From Myxococcales bacterium (GTDB lineage: Bacteria; Myxococcota_A; Bradymonadia; UBA7976; UBA1532), in assembly GCA_020633435.1 (NCBI GenBank), contig JACKDP010000002.1, forward strand, positions 567,788-631,787: 64,000 bases of DNA, read 5' to 3'. The translations under genes were made by a program, and so were the position numbers. Below are positions 45,505-56,009 of this stretch, piece by piece. Positions within the stretch are counted from its first letter, which is position 1. The number at the start of each line of letters is the position of its first letter. Below the pieces are notes generated by a model that did not search any database, was not told where the DNA came from, and saw nothing but the letters and a program-made list of their open reading frames with translations.

Positions 45505-47160
45505 ATGGACACGGCGACGGACTTCTCCCGCGTCGACCTGCTGCTGTACCTGACCGAACGCCTGGAGTCGGGCACCCAGGCGGGCATCCAGGACGCGCTG
45601 GCGCTCGCCACGCGCATGCTCCAGATGAAGTTCGGCATCATCAGCAAGGTGGTGGGCGATGACTACCTGGTGGAGCGCGTCGCCCCCGCGGACGGCGAGC
45701 TGCAGCAGGGGCAGCGCTTCAGCCTGGGTCAGACGTTCTGCTGCAACACCTTGAAAGCCAACGATGTCGTGTCGATCAGCGACGCGGACACCGAGGCCTG
45801 GCGGGGCCACCCCTGCTACACCGAGCTGGGCGTCGGCAGCTACATCGGCGTGCCCCTGCGGGTGGGTGGCCGGGCCCGGGGCACCCTCAACTTCTCCGGC
45901 CCCACCGCCCGCGAAGAGCCCTGGGCGGACTCGGACCGGCAGCTCGTCCGCCTGCTCGGCCACTGGGTCGAGGCCGCGCTGGAGCAGGAGGAGCTGCGCC
46001 GCCAGGTCAACACCATCGTCGGCGCGCTGGCCGACTCCAACCGCGACCTGCGCGGGTCTCGCCGGGCGCGCGAGGCCCTGCTCGCGGCGCTGCCCGATCC
46101 CATCCTCGTCCTCGACCGCGCCGGGCGCTGCGTGCGCTGCCAGCTCCCGCCCGACGCGCCCCTGAAGCGCAGCGCCGTGGAGCAGCAGCCCCTCGACCAC
46201 TTCCTGCCCCCGGACGCGGCCGCCCGGCTACGCGACGCCGCCCGCCGCGCCAGCGGCACGGGCAAGCTCGAGGTCACGGAGCTGGTGCTGCCCTGGGGAG
46301 ATGGCGACCGTGTCTTCGAGGCCCGCGTCGCGCCCGTGGACGCCGACGACGGCTCGGGCCAGGTGACCGTCGTCGTGCTGCGCGACCTGACCGATCGCGA
46401 GGAGGCCCGCCGTCTGGCGCTGCAGCAGCGCGACCTGCAGCACGCCAACGACCGCCTGCGCGCCGCCAACGAGGAGCTGGAGACCTTCGCGTACGCCGCC
46501 TCCCATGACCTCAAGACGCCCCTGCGGGCCCTCTCCAGTATCAGCACCTGGATCGACGAGGAGCTGCGCGGCGCGGGCGAACCGCAGCTCCAGACCTACC
46601 TGGGCATGATGCGGGATCGGGTCGACCTGCTCGTCCGCCTGGTGGACGGCCTGCTGGCGTACTCGCGGATCGGGCGGGAGGAGGCGGCCATCGAGCGCAT
46701 CGAGACGCGCACGCTGGTGGCCGAGATCGTCGGCCTGCTGGCGCCGCCGGCCGGGTTCTGCGTCGAGGCCGACGCCGGGCTCCCGGTGCTGCAGACGGCC
46801 CGCCCGCCGCTGGAGCGCGTCCTGGCCAACGCCATCGCCAACGCGGTGCACCACCACGACCACGGCACGGGGCTCATCCGGGTGACGGCGACGACCCGCG
46901 GGCACCTGGTGGAGTTCCGGGTGGCCGATGACGGCCCTGGCGTGCCCGAGGAGTTCCGCCAGCAGGCCTTCGGCGTCTTCAAGCGCCTGCGCCGCAACGA
47001 CCGCGGCCCCGGCACGGGCCTCGGCCTGGCGCTCATCCGCAAGACCGTGGAGTCCCTCGGCGGCACGACGTGGCTGGAGCCCAACCGCCCCCGGGGGACG
47101 GTCCTGGTCTTCACCTGGCCCATCCGCTGGCCGAAGGGTCAGGTGGGGTCGTCCTTGTAG
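45505..47160 (+). CDS. sensor histidine kinase with GAF and PAS domains
   Basis: H-box [18 protein letters not shown] boxes ([27 protein letters not shown]). The N-terminal GAF-like and central PAS-like regions are followed by a coiled-coil. Confidence 0.8.
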   Translation: MDTATDFSRVDLLLYLTERLESGTQAGIQDALALATRMLQMKFGIISKVVGDDYLVERVAPADGELQQGQRFSLGQTFCCNTLKANDVVSISDADTEAWRGHPCYTELGVGSYIGVPLRVGGRARGTLNFSGPTAREEPWADSDRQLVRLLGHWVEAALEQEELRRQVNTIVGALADSNRDLRGSRRAREALLAALPDPILVLDRAGRCVRCQLPPDAPLKRSAVEQQPLDHFLPPDAAARLRDAARRASGTGKLEVTELVLPWGDGDRVFEARVAPVDADDGSGQVTVVVLRDLTDREEARRLALQQRDLQHANDRLRAANEELETFAYAASHDLKTPLRALSSISTWIDEELRGAGEPQLQTYLGMMRDRVDLLVRLVDGLLAYSRIGREEAAIERIETRTLVAEIVGLLAPPAGFCVEADAGLPVLQTARPPLERVLANAIANAVHHHDHGTGLIRVTATTRGHLVEFRVADDGPGVPEEFRQQAFGVFKRLRRNDRGPGTGLGLALIRKTVESLGGTTWLEPNRPRGTVLVFTWPIRWPKGQVGSSL

Positions 47161-48194
47161 GGGTCCTCGACGCCGAGCCGCTGGTGCATCTTGGGGCTGG
47201 TGGTCGTGTACTGCAGGAAGACGCGCTCCTCGGGGTTGAGGTAGCTGTACACGGCGAAGGCCGCCAGCGCCGCCTCGTGGAAGCCCGAGAGGATGAGCTT
47301 CTTCTTCCCCGGGTAGGTGTTGATGTCCCCGATGGCGAAGATGCCGGGCACGCTGGTCTGGAACTTCTCGGTGTCCACCGCGATGGACTTCTTGTCGAGG
47401 TCCAGGCCCCACTCGGCGATGGGCCCGAGCTTGGGGGCCAGGCCGAAGAAGCAGAGCAGCTCGTCGAACTGCACGCTGCGGGTCACGCCGTCGGCGCCCC
47501 GGACCTTGATGCCGCGCAGCGCCCCCTTCTTCTCGATGATCTCGGTGGCGCGGCCCTCGAGGTACTGCATCTTCTCCTCCGCGCAGAGCGCCCGCATGCG
47601 GGCCACGGAGGCGGGCTGGGCCTTGAACACCGCCCGGCGGTGGATGAGCACGACGTTGGCGTGCTCCGCCAGGGCCAGCGCCCAGTCCAGCGCCGAGTCG
47701 CCGCCGCCGAAGATCACGACATCCTTGCCGTGGTAGCGCTCGGGGTTCTTCACGCGATAGTTGAAGTTCTGACCCTCAAAGGCCTCTAGACCCTCCACCG
47801 ACAGCTTGCGCGGGCTGAAGGCCCCCACCCCCGCCGCGATGATGACGGCGCGGGTGTGGAAGACGGTGCCGGCGCTGGTCTCGACCACGAAGTCGCCCTC
47901 GCCGCGCTTCTCGACCTTCTCCACCTGCTGGCCCAGGTAGAACTCGGGCAGGAACGGCTGGATCTGCGCCATCAGGTTGTCGATGAGCGCCTGGCCCGTG
48001 CACATGGGCACCGCCGGGATGTCGTAGATGGGCTTGTCGGGGTAGAGCTCGACGCACTGGCCGCCGATGTGGGGCAGCGCGTCGATGACCGCCGTCTTGA
48101 GGCCGAGGAGGCCCAGCTCGAACACCTGGAAGAGCCCCACGGGCCCGGCGCCGACGATGACGGTATCGATCTCGATGATCTGAGGGGCGGTCAT
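47139..48194 (-). CDS. ferredoxin--NADP reductase, thioredoxin-reductase-like (YumC-type)
   Basis: [14 protein letters not shown] (FAD), [14 protein letters not shown] (NADP), [18 protein letters not shown] and C-terminal YTTTSP motifs. The ATG at 48194 gives [18 protein letters not shown]. Confidence 0.8.
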   Translation of the reverse strand: MTAPQIIEIDTVIVGAGPVGLFQVFELGLLGLKTAVIDALPHIGGQCVELYPDKPIYDIPAVPMCTGQALIDNLMAQIQPFLPEFYLGQQVEKVEKRGEGDFVVETSAGTVFHTRAVIIAAGVGAFSPRKLSVEGLEAFEGQNFNYRVKNPERYHGKDVVIFGGGDSALDWALALAEHANVVLIHRRAVFKAQPASVARMRALCAEEKMQYLEGRATEIIEKKGALRGIKVRGADGVTRSVQFDELLCFFGLAPKLGPIAEWGLDLDKKSIAVDTEKFQTSVPGIFAIGDINTYPGKKKLILSGFHEAALAAFAVYSYLNPEERVFLQYTTTSPKMHQRLGVEDPYKDDPT

Positions 48195-48410
48195 GATCCT
48201 CGTCCAGTCCAGGCCCGAAGGCAGCGGCGGGACCATGCCACAGGGCCCCAAACTACATCAAGCCGACCGGATGAGTGCTGGTTTTCTGCCCCACCACGGC
48301 GGCGTCGGCGGCGCAGGTTAGGGCGGGCCCCGGCGGGAATCAATGGGCCGTAGATCCATTCCCCGGCCAGGGCGTTGGAGGCCCCGTCCCCTGCACCGAC
48401 GGAGCCCACG

Positions 48411-49604
48411 ATGTCCCTCGCCACCCTGCTCCTGCTCGCCGTCTCGCTCGCCCCGCCCGGCCTCGCCTCGGCCCCCTTCGCCCAGCTCCCCACCCAGGGC
48501 GTCGCCGCCGGCATCCGCTGGACCTGGCCCGACGCCGGGGCGTTCAGCGACGTCCTGGCCCGCCCGGTGCGCCCCTACGCCGTCATGGCCGGCCCCCTGA
48601 CCGTCGTCGCCCGCAAGGGCATCGGCCGCCGCGTCCAGCGCGGCATCGCCGCCGGCAAGGGCGCCGATCAGCTCGCCTGGCTCCAGAAGCAGCAGCCCGA
48701 GGTGCCCTTCGGCGTCCTCACCTGGTCGACGCGCGGCGGCCCGGCCATCCTCGACAACCTGGAGTGGGGCAGCCGCCTCGCCGAGGGCACGCCCGAGGAG
48801 GCCCGCGTCGGCGACCGCCTCGTCCTCATCTGGCCCGAGGTCGTCGTCGCCGGCCCCGCCCCGGCCGCCGAGGGCGACGGCAACCCCGACACGCTGCTGG
48901 CCTGGGCCTATGCCACCACGCTGCTGGTGAGCGAGCCGCCCGTCTACGACGAGGAGGTCGACCGGGACTGGAGCAACCAGGAGAAGCTGGCCGCCCTCAA
49001 GGCCGACGGGAAGAAGGCCGAGATGGTGGCCGTCTACCGCCGCTACCGCCCGATGGGCCGCTGCTCCATGGACACCGCCCCCGCCCAGACCGCCCGCGAC
49101 TACGCCGACCTCTGCTACGAGCTCGGGCAGATCGGCTGCTTCCTGCAGCTCCAGGTGCGCATCATGGGCGATCGCTTCGAGCGGGTGGCCGCCTCCAGCT
49201 ACGGCGAGCGGGCGGCGTCGACGGGCTCGGCCGCCCTCATCGCCGCGGGCGTGGACGCCCGGCGCTTCCTGCTGGGCCTGCTGCTGCAGTACGACGTGGA
49301 GGGCCTGCGCCCCCGCGAGGAGATGGGCCCGTGGCGCCTGGCGCGCTCGATGGCCGAGAGCGGCCTGGACTTCGGCCCCGACCTGCTGGCGCTGGCCACC
49401 GACGCCCACCTGGACGCCGCGAACCGCCTGCGCGCCTCGACGGTGCTCTGGCTGCTCTGGCGCCGGGCCGAGGAGCTGCCCGCGACCACCCTGGTCGAGC
49501 GCCTGAAGGGCCAGCCCCTGCTGCCGATGGCGCGCGCCTGGATGCAGGCGGTCGAGGCGAAGATCGACCCCAACGCCCCGGAAACGTTGACGTTGTTCGA
49601 GTGA
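48411..49604 (+). CDS. secreted hypothetical protein
   Basis: MSLATLLLLAVSLAPPGLASA signal peptide. No recognised domain. Confidence 0.5.
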   Translation: MSLATLLLLAVSLAPPGLASAPFAQLPTQGVAAGIRWTWPDAGAFSDVLARPVRPYAVMAGPLTVVARKGIGRRVQRGIAAGKGADQLAWLQKQQPEVPFGVLTWSTRGGPAILDNLEWGSRLAEGTPEEARVGDRLVLIWPEVVVAGPAPAAEGDGNPDTLLAWAYATTLLVSEPPVYDEEVDRDWSNQEKLAALKADGKKAEMVAVYRRYRPMGRCSMDTAPAQTARDYADLCYELGQIGCFLQLQVRIMGDRFERVAASSYGERAASTGSAALIAAGVDARRFLLGLLLQYDVEGLRPREEMGPWRLARSMAESGLDFGPDLLALATDAHLDAANRLRASTVLWLLWRRAEELPATTLVERLKGQPLLPMARAWMQAVEAKIDPNAPETLTLFE

Positions 49605-49607
49605 GGC

Positions 49608-50744
49608 TCAGGCCAGCGGGCGGCTGAGGAAGTCGGAGAGCAGCGGCGCGAAGGCCTCGATGTCCACCAGGAAGGCGTCGTGGCCCTGCAGCGAGGTGAG
49701 CTCGGCGTACTCGACGGGGCGCCCCGTGCTGCGCAGCACATCGGCCAGGCAGCGCTGCTGATCCACCGGGAAGAGGATGTCGGTGGTCACGCCGATGACG
49801 AGGGCCGCCTTCGCGGTGATGCGGGCCGCCGCCTTCTCCAGGCTGCCGCCGTGCTCGGCCAGGTCGAAGAGATCCATGGCCCGCGAGAGGTACAGGTAGC
49901 AGTTGGCGTCGAAGGCATCGACGAACTTGCTGGCGTGGTGCTCCAGGTAGCCCTCGACCTCGAACTCGGGGCCGAAGGCCTCGCCGCCCCAGCCCGCCAG
50001 GCGCTCGCGCCCGAACCGCCCCCGCCACTCCTCGGCCGACCGGTACGAGAGCATGCCGATCTTGCGGGCGAGCCGCATGCCGGTGGCCGGCAGGCTGCGG
50101 TCGTCGTAGTAGCCGCCCTGCCAGCCCGGGTCGGAGCGGATGGCCTCCCGCTGCAGCGAGTGGATGGCGATGGCGAAGGGCAGCGCCCGCGCCGCCGACG
50201 AGATGACCGCCAGGCGCTCGACGGGCAGCGAGAGCGCGATGGCCAGCGCCGTCATGCCGCCCAGCGACGGCCCCACGACGGCCGCCAGCCGCGTGATGCC
50301 CAGGTCGGCGAGGCCCTGCTTGAAGGCGGCGGCCACATCCTCGATGGTGAGCACCGGGAAGCTCAGGCGGTACGGCGCCCCGGTGGCCGGATCGAAGGAG
50401 GCCGGCCCCGTGGAGCCGAAGCAGCCGCCCAGGTTGTTGAAGCAGATCACGAAGTAGCGATCGGTGTCGATGGCCTGGCCGGGCCCGATCATGGCCTCCC
50501 ACCAGCCGGGGCTGGGGTCGTCGGCCGAGGACCGCGCGTGGGCGCGAGGAGAGAGCCCGGTGCAGAGCAGCAGCACGTTGTCGCGCGTCGGGCTCAGGGT
50601 GCCCCAGGTCTCGTACGCCAGCTCGACCGCCGCGAGGCTGCCCCCCTGGCGCATGCCGAAGGGGCCCTCGAGCTGGACGAAGTGGGCCGCGCCCGGGCTC
50701 CACCGACGACGCGGCGGCAACAGGCGCAGGTTCTCGGCGTTCAT
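49608..50744 (-). CDS. metX: homoserine O-acetyltransferase
   Basis: Alpha/beta hydrolase with GPSLGGMTALA nucleophile elbow and ELTSLQGHDAFLVD catalytic Asp/His context. The overall pattern matches MetX. Confidence 0.85.
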   Translation of the reverse strand: MNAENLRLLPPRRRWSPGAAHFVQLEGPFGMRQGGSLAAVELAYETWGTLSPTRDNVLLLCTGLSPRAHARSSADDPSPGWWEAMIGPGQAIDTDRYFVICFNNLGGCFGSTGPASFDPATGAPYRLSFPVLTIEDVAAAFKQGLADLGITRLAAVVGPSLGGMTALAIALSLPVERLAVISSAARALPFAIAIHSLQREAIRSDPGWQGGYYDDRSLPATGMRLARKIGMLSYRSAEEWRGRFGRERLAGWGGEAFGPEFEVEGYLEHHASKFVDAFDANCYLYLSRAMDLFDLAEHGGSLEKAAARITAKAALVIGVTTDILFPVDQQRCLADVLRSTGRPVEYAELTSLQGHDAFLVDIEAFAPLLSDFLSRPLA

Positions 50745-50847
50745 GGGCGGCTCCCCCGGCTCCCCAGCGTTTCCGCAGGACGATTACAACAAATCCCGAC
50801 CAGAAAACGAGGGTTGAGATGCAACTGGCCCCCGGAGGGGTTGCGCG

Positions 50848-51387
50848 GTGAGCGAAGAAGACGCGGAAGTCCGCATGCGGGGCTGGGTGGAGCGCGCGGT
50901 GGTCGGGCTGGATCTCTGCCCGTTCGCCCGCCGGGTGGTGCGCGCGGAGGGGCTGCGCTACGTCACGGTGCCGACCGCCGACGTCGCGACCATCCTGGCC
51001 GCGGTGCATGAGGAGCTGATGGAGCTCGCCCTGCCGGCGCCCGGCTCGACGGTGGAGACGACGCTGGTGCTGGTGCCCGGGCTGGCGGGGTTCGAGCGGT
51101 TCCTGGCGGTGCTGGCGCGGGTGGAGGCGCTGCTGCCCCGCCTCGAGCTGCGGGGCGTGATCCAGGTGGCCCACTTCCACCCCGACTACCGCTTCGCCGG
51201 GGTGCCGGCCGACGCGCCCGGCAACGCCACGAACCAGGCCCCGGTGCCCGCCTTCCACCTGCTGCGCGAGGCGGACGTCGCGGCCGCCGTCGCGGCCCAC
51301 CCCGATCCCGAGGGCATCCCCCGCCGCAACATCGCGCGGTTGGAGGCCCTGGACGCCGAGGCCCGCCGCCGCCTGCGCGACGGCTGA
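50848..51387 (+). CDS. DUF1415-like protein
   Basis: GWVERAVVGLDLCPFARRVVRAEGLRYV shows the conserved CPFA motif I associate with DUF1415. GTG start with GGAGGGG upstream; the alternative start is ATG 50875. Confidence 0.5.
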   Translation: MSEEDAEVRMRGWVERAVVGLDLCPFARRVVRAEGLRYVTVPTADVATILAAVHEELMELALPAPGSTVETTLVLVPGLAGFERFLAVLARVEALLPRLELRGVIQVAHFHPDYRFAGVPADAPGNATNQAPVPAFHLLREADVAAAVAAHPDPEGIPRRNIARLEALDAEARRRLRDG

Positions 51388-51389
51388 TC

Positions 51390-52154
51390 CTAGAGGTCGA
51401 AGTCCGTCCAGATGGGCGCGTGATCACTGGGCTTTTCGCCGCGGCGCTCGTCCAGGTCGATGGCCACGTCGGCCACCGTCCCGGCCAGGCTGGCCGTCGC
51501 CCAGATCTGGTCGATGCGCAGGCCGTCGTCCTTCTGGAAGCCGAGGTTGCGGTAGTCCCACCAGGTGTGGTGGCCGTCGCCCTGCTCCTTGAGCCGGAAG
51601 GTGTCGACGAGGCCCCAGTCGGTGACGCGCTGGAGGGCGGCGCGGGCCTCGGGCCGGCAGAGCACCGAGTCGGCCCAGCGCTCGATGTTGCGCACGTCGC
51701 GATCCTCGGGGGCCACGTTGAAGTCGCCGCAGAGCGCCACCGGCATGCCCGGATCGAGCCGCCGGTCCAGCCAGTCGCGCAGCTTCGCGTACCACTGCAG
51801 CTTGTAGACCCACTTGTCGCTGTCCGGCTCGCCGCCGTTGGGGACGTAGGCCGAGATCACCCGCACCCCGTCCACCACCCCGGCGATGAGGCGCGCCTGG
51901 GGGTCGTCGTCATCCAGCGTGCGCCACACGTCCTGAATGGGCGAGCGCGCCACGATGGCCACGCCGTTGTACGTCTTCTGGCCCAGGATCTCGGCGTAGT
52001 AGCCCAGCTCGCCGATCTCGTCCCAGGGGAAGCGATCCCCCTCGTTCTTGAGCTCCTGCAAGCAGACGACGTCGGGCTCGCGGGACTCCAGCCAGTTCAG
52101 GAACCGGTCGGTCCGCGCGACGATGGAGTTGACGTTCCAGCTCGCGATCCTCAT
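51390..52154 (-). CDS. xthA: exodeoxyribonuclease III (AP endonuclease)
   Basis: MRIASWNVNS, CLQELK, GDFNVAP, SDHAPIWTDF: the canonical EEP-fold Xth motifs. Confidence 0.85.
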   Translation of the reverse strand: MRIASWNVNSIVARTDRFLNWLESREPDVVCLQELKNEGDRFPWDEIGELGYYAEILGQKTYNGVAIVARSPIQDVWRTLDDDDPQARLIAGVVDGVRVISAYVPNGGEPDSDKWVYKLQWYAKLRDWLDRRLDPGMPVALCGDFNVAPEDRDVRNIERWADSVLCRPEARAALQRVTDWGLVDTFRLKEQGDGHHTWWDYRNLGFQKDDGLRIDQIWATASLAGTVADVAIDLDERRGEKPSDHAPIWTDFDL

Positions 52155-52155
52155 C

Positions 52156-53403
52156 TCAACCCCTTGGTCTCGTTCGTAGATCACTGAGAGAAGCCTGCGC
52201 CTTGGGCCGGAAGCCCTCCAGCCGATCGAGGACGCGGCGCGCGCTCATGACGCCCTTGTAGACGTAGAGCTGGCCGGGCAGGTCGTCCTCCAGCGCCGCC
52301 TCGCTGACCCGCAGGCGCTCGGTCACGGCGAAGAGGACGTTCTCGCGCAGGCCGGCGCGCACCAGATCGACGCGCTTCCAGACGGCGTCGCGGCTCCAGA
52401 ACCCCAGCACCTCGAGGTAGGCCCGGGTGCCGTCGGGGTGGCTGAACACCAGGTCGGGCACGCAGAGGCCCACGCCCGGCAACGCCAGCAGCCGCGTCGA
52501 GCGCCGCACGCGCCAGTCGGTCTCCAGGGCGCCGAACCGCTGCACCAGGTCGGCGACGTCGTCGGGCAGCGGCAGCTCGGCGCCGGGGCCGCCGTCGCGC
52601 TCCCCCTTGAGGAGGAAGCGCACCCGCTCGGGCGGCTTGCCGAACAGCAGATCCGCCTCCAGGGCCCAGCGCGCGCAGGCCCGGATGGGCTCCAGCATCA
52701 TCGCCAGCCGCAGGCCGTACTTCCGCGTCGCCGAGAAGAGGCTCTGGGGGCCGTCGAGGGTGACGCGGTAGCCGCCGTCCCGGGCCTCGATGGTGTAGAG
52801 AAGCCGGTGGAACTTCAGGGAACGAAAGAGGTTTCGCCAGATGGCGGCGTCCTCTTCCTCGATGTCCACGACCACGCGCACGGCCAGCAGCAGGGCGGCC
52901 CGCTCCTGCTCGCGCTCGTACAGCGCCAGCAAGGCCTCGGGCGTCGTGGCCTCGAACTCGACCAGCAGGTGGGCGTCCTTCAGGTCGGCGAAGAGGGCGC
53001 CCTCCAGCGCCTTCACCTCCAGGCCCAGGGCCGCCGCGGCGTCGGCGATCACCGCGCCCCGATCGAAGGCCTGCAGGTGGTCGAGGGCCCGCCGGGCCGC
53101 CGTCGCGCGGGTGAAGACCTCGGCCCGCAGCGCCACCGGGGGCTGCCCCACGTCCATCTCGAAGGTGCAGCGGTCCGTCACGAGCTTCTGCAGCCCGGCG
53201 AAGACGCGCTGATCGGCGTGGCTCACGGGGACGTCGCCGCAGGCCGCCTTGAAGACCTCCCGGCTCTCGCCCACGCTGTTGGCGGCCGCCTGCAGCAGGC
53301 CCTCGGCGGCCTCCAGCAGCCGCGGCCGCGCCGCCGCCGGGATGGGCCGGACCTCGACGACGTCCTTCGTGCGCTTCCAGCGCACCAGATCAGCGGTAAG
53401 CAC
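52156..53403 (-). CDS. DUF790 / Bax1-like nuclease (partner of the XPB-type helicase)
   Basis: A 415-aa protein whose start overlaps the helicase stop by 14 nt and whose stop is 1 nt from the xthA start. The family assignment rests on size, composition and the obligatory pairing with the XPB-like helicase. The conserved acidic nuclease region is ...VVVDIEEEDAA.... Confidence 0.6.
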   Translation of the reverse strand: MLTADLVRWKRTKDVVEVRPIPAAARPRLLEAAEGLLQAAANSVGESREVFKAACGDVPVSHADQRVFAGLQKLVTDRCTFEMDVGQPPVALRAEVFTRATAARRALDHLQAFDRGAVIADAAAALGLEVKALEGALFADLKDAHLLVEFEATTPEALLALYEREQERAALLLAVRVVVDIEEEDAAIWRNLFRSLKFHRLLYTIEARDGGYRVTLDGPQSLFSATRKYGLRLAMMLEPIRACARWALEADLLFGKPPERVRFLLKGERDGGPGAELPLPDDVADLVQRFGALETDWRVRRSTRLLALPGVGLCVPDLVFSHPDGTRAYLEVLGFWSRDAVWKRVDLVRAGLRENVLFAVTERLRVSEAALEDDLPGQLYVYKGVMSARRVLDRLEGFRPKAQASLSDLRTRPRG

Positions 53404-54751
53404 TGTGCTCCCGGCGCCGCTGGCTGGTGTACGTCTCGGCCGTCTCCTCGGCGACGAGCTCGTAGAGGATGGCCTGCTTGTCGCCCTGCTTGCGCAGGAT
53501 GCGGCCGAGGCGCTGGACGTGCTCGCGCACCGAGCCGGAGCCCGAGATGACGATGGCGACGTTGGCCGACGGCACGTCGACGCCCTCGTTGAGCACCTTG
53601 GACGTCGCGACGGCGCCGTAGCGGCCCTCGGCGAAGCCGGCCAGGATCTCGCTGCGCTCCACCACCGGCGTCTGGTGGGTGATGACGGGGATGAGGAAGC
53701 GCCGGGCGACCTGGTAGGCCGTGTTGTTGTTCTGGGTGAAGAGCAGCACGCGATCCTGGCGGTGGCGGTGCAGCAGGTGCTCGACGAAGCGCAGCTTCGA
53801 GGGGGCGGCCGAGGCCAGGGCCTTCTGCCGCTGCCAGGCGAGGAGCGCGCGGCGGCCCTCCGCCGATCGGGCGGCGCGCTGCAGGAACTGCTGCCAGGCC
53901 CCCTGCTGGGAGAACCGGATGCCTTGCGAGGCCACGAAGGCCCGGTAGATGCCGCGCTCGTGCTCGTAGGCCTGCCGCTCGGCGTCCGTCAGCGGCACCG
54001 TGAGCGTCTCCGTCGTGTACTCGGCCAGGTAGTCGCCCGCCAGCTCCACCACGTCGCGCTGGTAGACGGTGGGGCCGATGAGGCGCTCCAGCTCGACGTG
54101 GCGGCCGTCCGCGCGCTCGGGGGTGGCCGAGAGGCCCAGCCGGTACGGGGCGAGGCACATCTCGGCGCCGAGGGCGTACGACTCGCCCGGCAGGTGGTGG
54201 CACTCGTCGAACACCACGAAACCAAAGCGGTTTCCCAGGTGCTCCATCTGCGCCCAGGCGGAGTCGTAGGTGATGACGGTGAGGGGCTGGACGTCGTGGC
54301 TGCCGCCGCCGACCACGCCGACGGGCTGCGCGAAGGCGCTGCCGAGCAGGTCGTACCACTGCCGCACCAGGTCGAGCGTCGGGGCGACGACCAGCGTCGA
54401 TCGGCGGATGGCGTCGATGGCCAGCATGGCCACCCAGCTCTTGCCGGCCCCGGTGGGCAGGGCCACCACCCCGCGGCCGCGGTTCTTCTGCCAGGCAGCC
54501 AGGGCCTCGGTCTGGAAGGGCCGCGGGGGCCGCTGGATGGCCAGGCCGGCGTCCAGCTCGGTGTACCGGCGGGCCTCGTCCGTCCAGGCGAGCTTGCGGC
54601 GCACGAGCCCCATCACCACCTCGGCGTAGGCCTGGGCGGGGGTGCGCCAGCAGCGCGTCCGATCGTCGAAGCGCGCCACCTCGGGCAGGATGGCCGGGTC
54701 CTCGACGTCGTGGACTTCGAGGGTGCCGGCGTTGAAGACGAGCCGGGTCAT
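53390..54751 (-). CDS. XPB/ERCC3-like SF2 DNA helicase (DEAD/DEAH box)
   Basis: Motif I ALPTGAGKSWVA, motif II VVFDECHH, motif III GLSATP, motif VI QRLGRILR. The N-terminal damage-recognition-like region resembles XPB. Confidence 0.75.
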   Translation of the reverse strand: MTRLVFNAGTLEVHDVEDPAILPEVARFDDRTRCWRTPAQAYAEVVMGLVRRKLAWTDEARRYTELDAGLAIQRPPRPFQTEALAAWQKNRGRGVVALPTGAGKSWVAMLAIDAIRRSTLVVAPTLDLVRQWYDLLGSAFAQPVGVVGGGSHDVQPLTVITYDSAWAQMEHLGNRFGFVVFDECHHLPGESYALGAEMCLAPYRLGLSATPERADGRHVELERLIGPTVYQRDVVELAGDYLAEYTTETLTVPLTDAERQAYEHERGIYRAFVASQGIRFSQQGAWQQFLQRAARSAEGRRALLAWQRQKALASAAPSKLRFVEHLLHRHRQDRVLLFTQNNNTAYQVARRFLIPVITHQTPVVERSEILAGFAEGRYGAVATSKVLNEGVDVPSANVAIVISGSGSVREHVQRLGRILRKQGDKQAILYELVAEETAETYTSQRRREHSAYR

Positions 54752-54891
54752 CCCGGGCTTTCTACCTTATCCGGCGCGCGCCCGCGAGGGCGCTTCGGCC
54801 CATGCGGCCGCCCCCCGGGCGAAAACCGCTGGCCACCCTCCGCGTCGTTGGGCATCATGCGCGACCTTGGCCACGTCTCTGGGGGACGCCC

Positions 54892-55872
54892 GTGATCCGA
54901 CGCGCCGCGCTGCTGGCGCTGCTCGCCGCCTCGTCGGCGGGGGCGACGACGCCGGACCGGGGGTTCGCCCCCTACGGGGTCATCGACGGCTACGTCGAGG
55001 CCCTGCGCGTGATCATGGTGACGGTCCGCGACAGCCTGTCGATGGAGACGCTCATCCGTCACCACCCGCCGGCGGCCGTGGGGCGCGTCCAGGGGCGGCT
55101 GCTCTTCGGCGTCCAGATGCAGGACAGCGAGGGCGTCTGGCTGCGCGATCGCGACGCGGCCTGGGCGGTGCCCGAGACCATCGACGCCCTGGTGGCGGCC
55201 GCCGCGGAGGTCCGCCGCCTCCACCCCGGCGGCATGGAGCTCTCCATCGGCGACATCTCGCGCCGCACGGGGGGCCGCTTCCCGCCCCACCGCACCCACC
55301 AGTCCGGGCGCGACGCCGACATGCGCTACTACCTGGTGGACGTGCAGCCCGGCGACCGCGAGCACCACTACACCGGCGTCGACAACGTCGATCTGCCCCG
55401 CCAGTGGACGTTCATCAAGACGCTCATCGACCGCGGTCAGGCCGAGGTCATCTACATGGACTACCGGCACCAGGAGCGGCTGTACAAGTACGCCCGCGCC
55501 CAGGGCATGACCCCCGAGCAGCTCACCCCGATCTTCTCGTACCCGCGGGGCAAGCGCGTCATGTCGGCCGTGATCCAGCACATGAAGAACCACTTCAACC
55601 ACCTGCATGTGCGGGTGTTCGCGCCGAAGTCCCAGCTCTTCGGCCTGCTGTGGACGCCGGCCGAGGCCTTCGCCCTGCAGCAGCAGGTCGACCTGGCGAC
55701 GCTCGGGCACTTCGACTACGTGATCCGGGACGGCGAGACCCTGGGCAAGATCGCCCGCAACCACAAGGTGGAGCTGGCCGACCTGATGGCCTGGAACGGC
55801 CTCGGCCCGCGCTCGAAGCTGCGCCCTGGCATGGTCCTCAAGATCCGCCAGAAAATGCCCAGCCGGCCGTAG
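54892..55872 (+). CDS. penicillin-insensitive murein endopeptidase (MepA-like) with C-terminal LysM domain
   Basis: Signal peptide from the GTG at 54892 (MIRRAALLALLAASSAGA). HQSGRDADMRY...HFNHLHVRVF matches the MepA zinc-ligand pattern. The C-terminus DYVIRDGETLGKIARNHKVELADLMAWNGL is LysM. Confidence 0.65.
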   Translation: MIRRAALLALLAASSAGATTPDRGFAPYGVIDGYVEALRVIMVTVRDSLSMETLIRHHPPAAVGRVQGRLLFGVQMQDSEGVWLRDRDAAWAVPETIDALVAAAAEVRRLHPGGMELSIGDISRRTGGRFPPHRTHQSGRDADMRYYLVDVQPGDREHHYTGVDNVDLPRQWTFIKTLIDRGQAEVIYMDYRHQERLYKYARAQGMTPEQLTPIFSYPRGKRVMSAVIQHMKNHFNHLHVRVFAPKSQLFGLLWTPAEAFALQQQVDLATLGHFDYVIRDGETLGKIARNHKVELADLMAWNGLGPRSKLRPGMVLKIRQKMPSRP

Positions 55873-55935
55873 GCCCCTCCCGGCTTCTGTGCTACTGTCC
55901 GGGCCGCGGGGTTCTGCCACGTGGGCGTTGGACTT

Positions 55936-56009
55936 CAAACATTTGTCTAGCCTGGTCAAGACATTCGACTCGCATTCGAAGAACGCCGGTTCAAATCCGG
56001 CATGTACGA
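55936..56009 (+). tRNA. tRNA-like element (74 nt, anticodon CGC, Ala-type) with imperfect acceptor stem; possible pseudo-tRNA or att-site remnant
   Basis: Manual fold: D-stem gtct/agac with an agcctGGtca loop, a 5-bp anticodon stem ttcga/tcgaa with loop cTCGCat (U33, A37), a 4-nt variable loop, and a perfect T-arm gccgg-TTCAAAT-ccggc. The acceptor caaacat/atgtacg has two adjacent mismatches (2:71, 3:70). It is AT-rich relative to the genome and lacks G3:U70. Confidence 0.35.
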
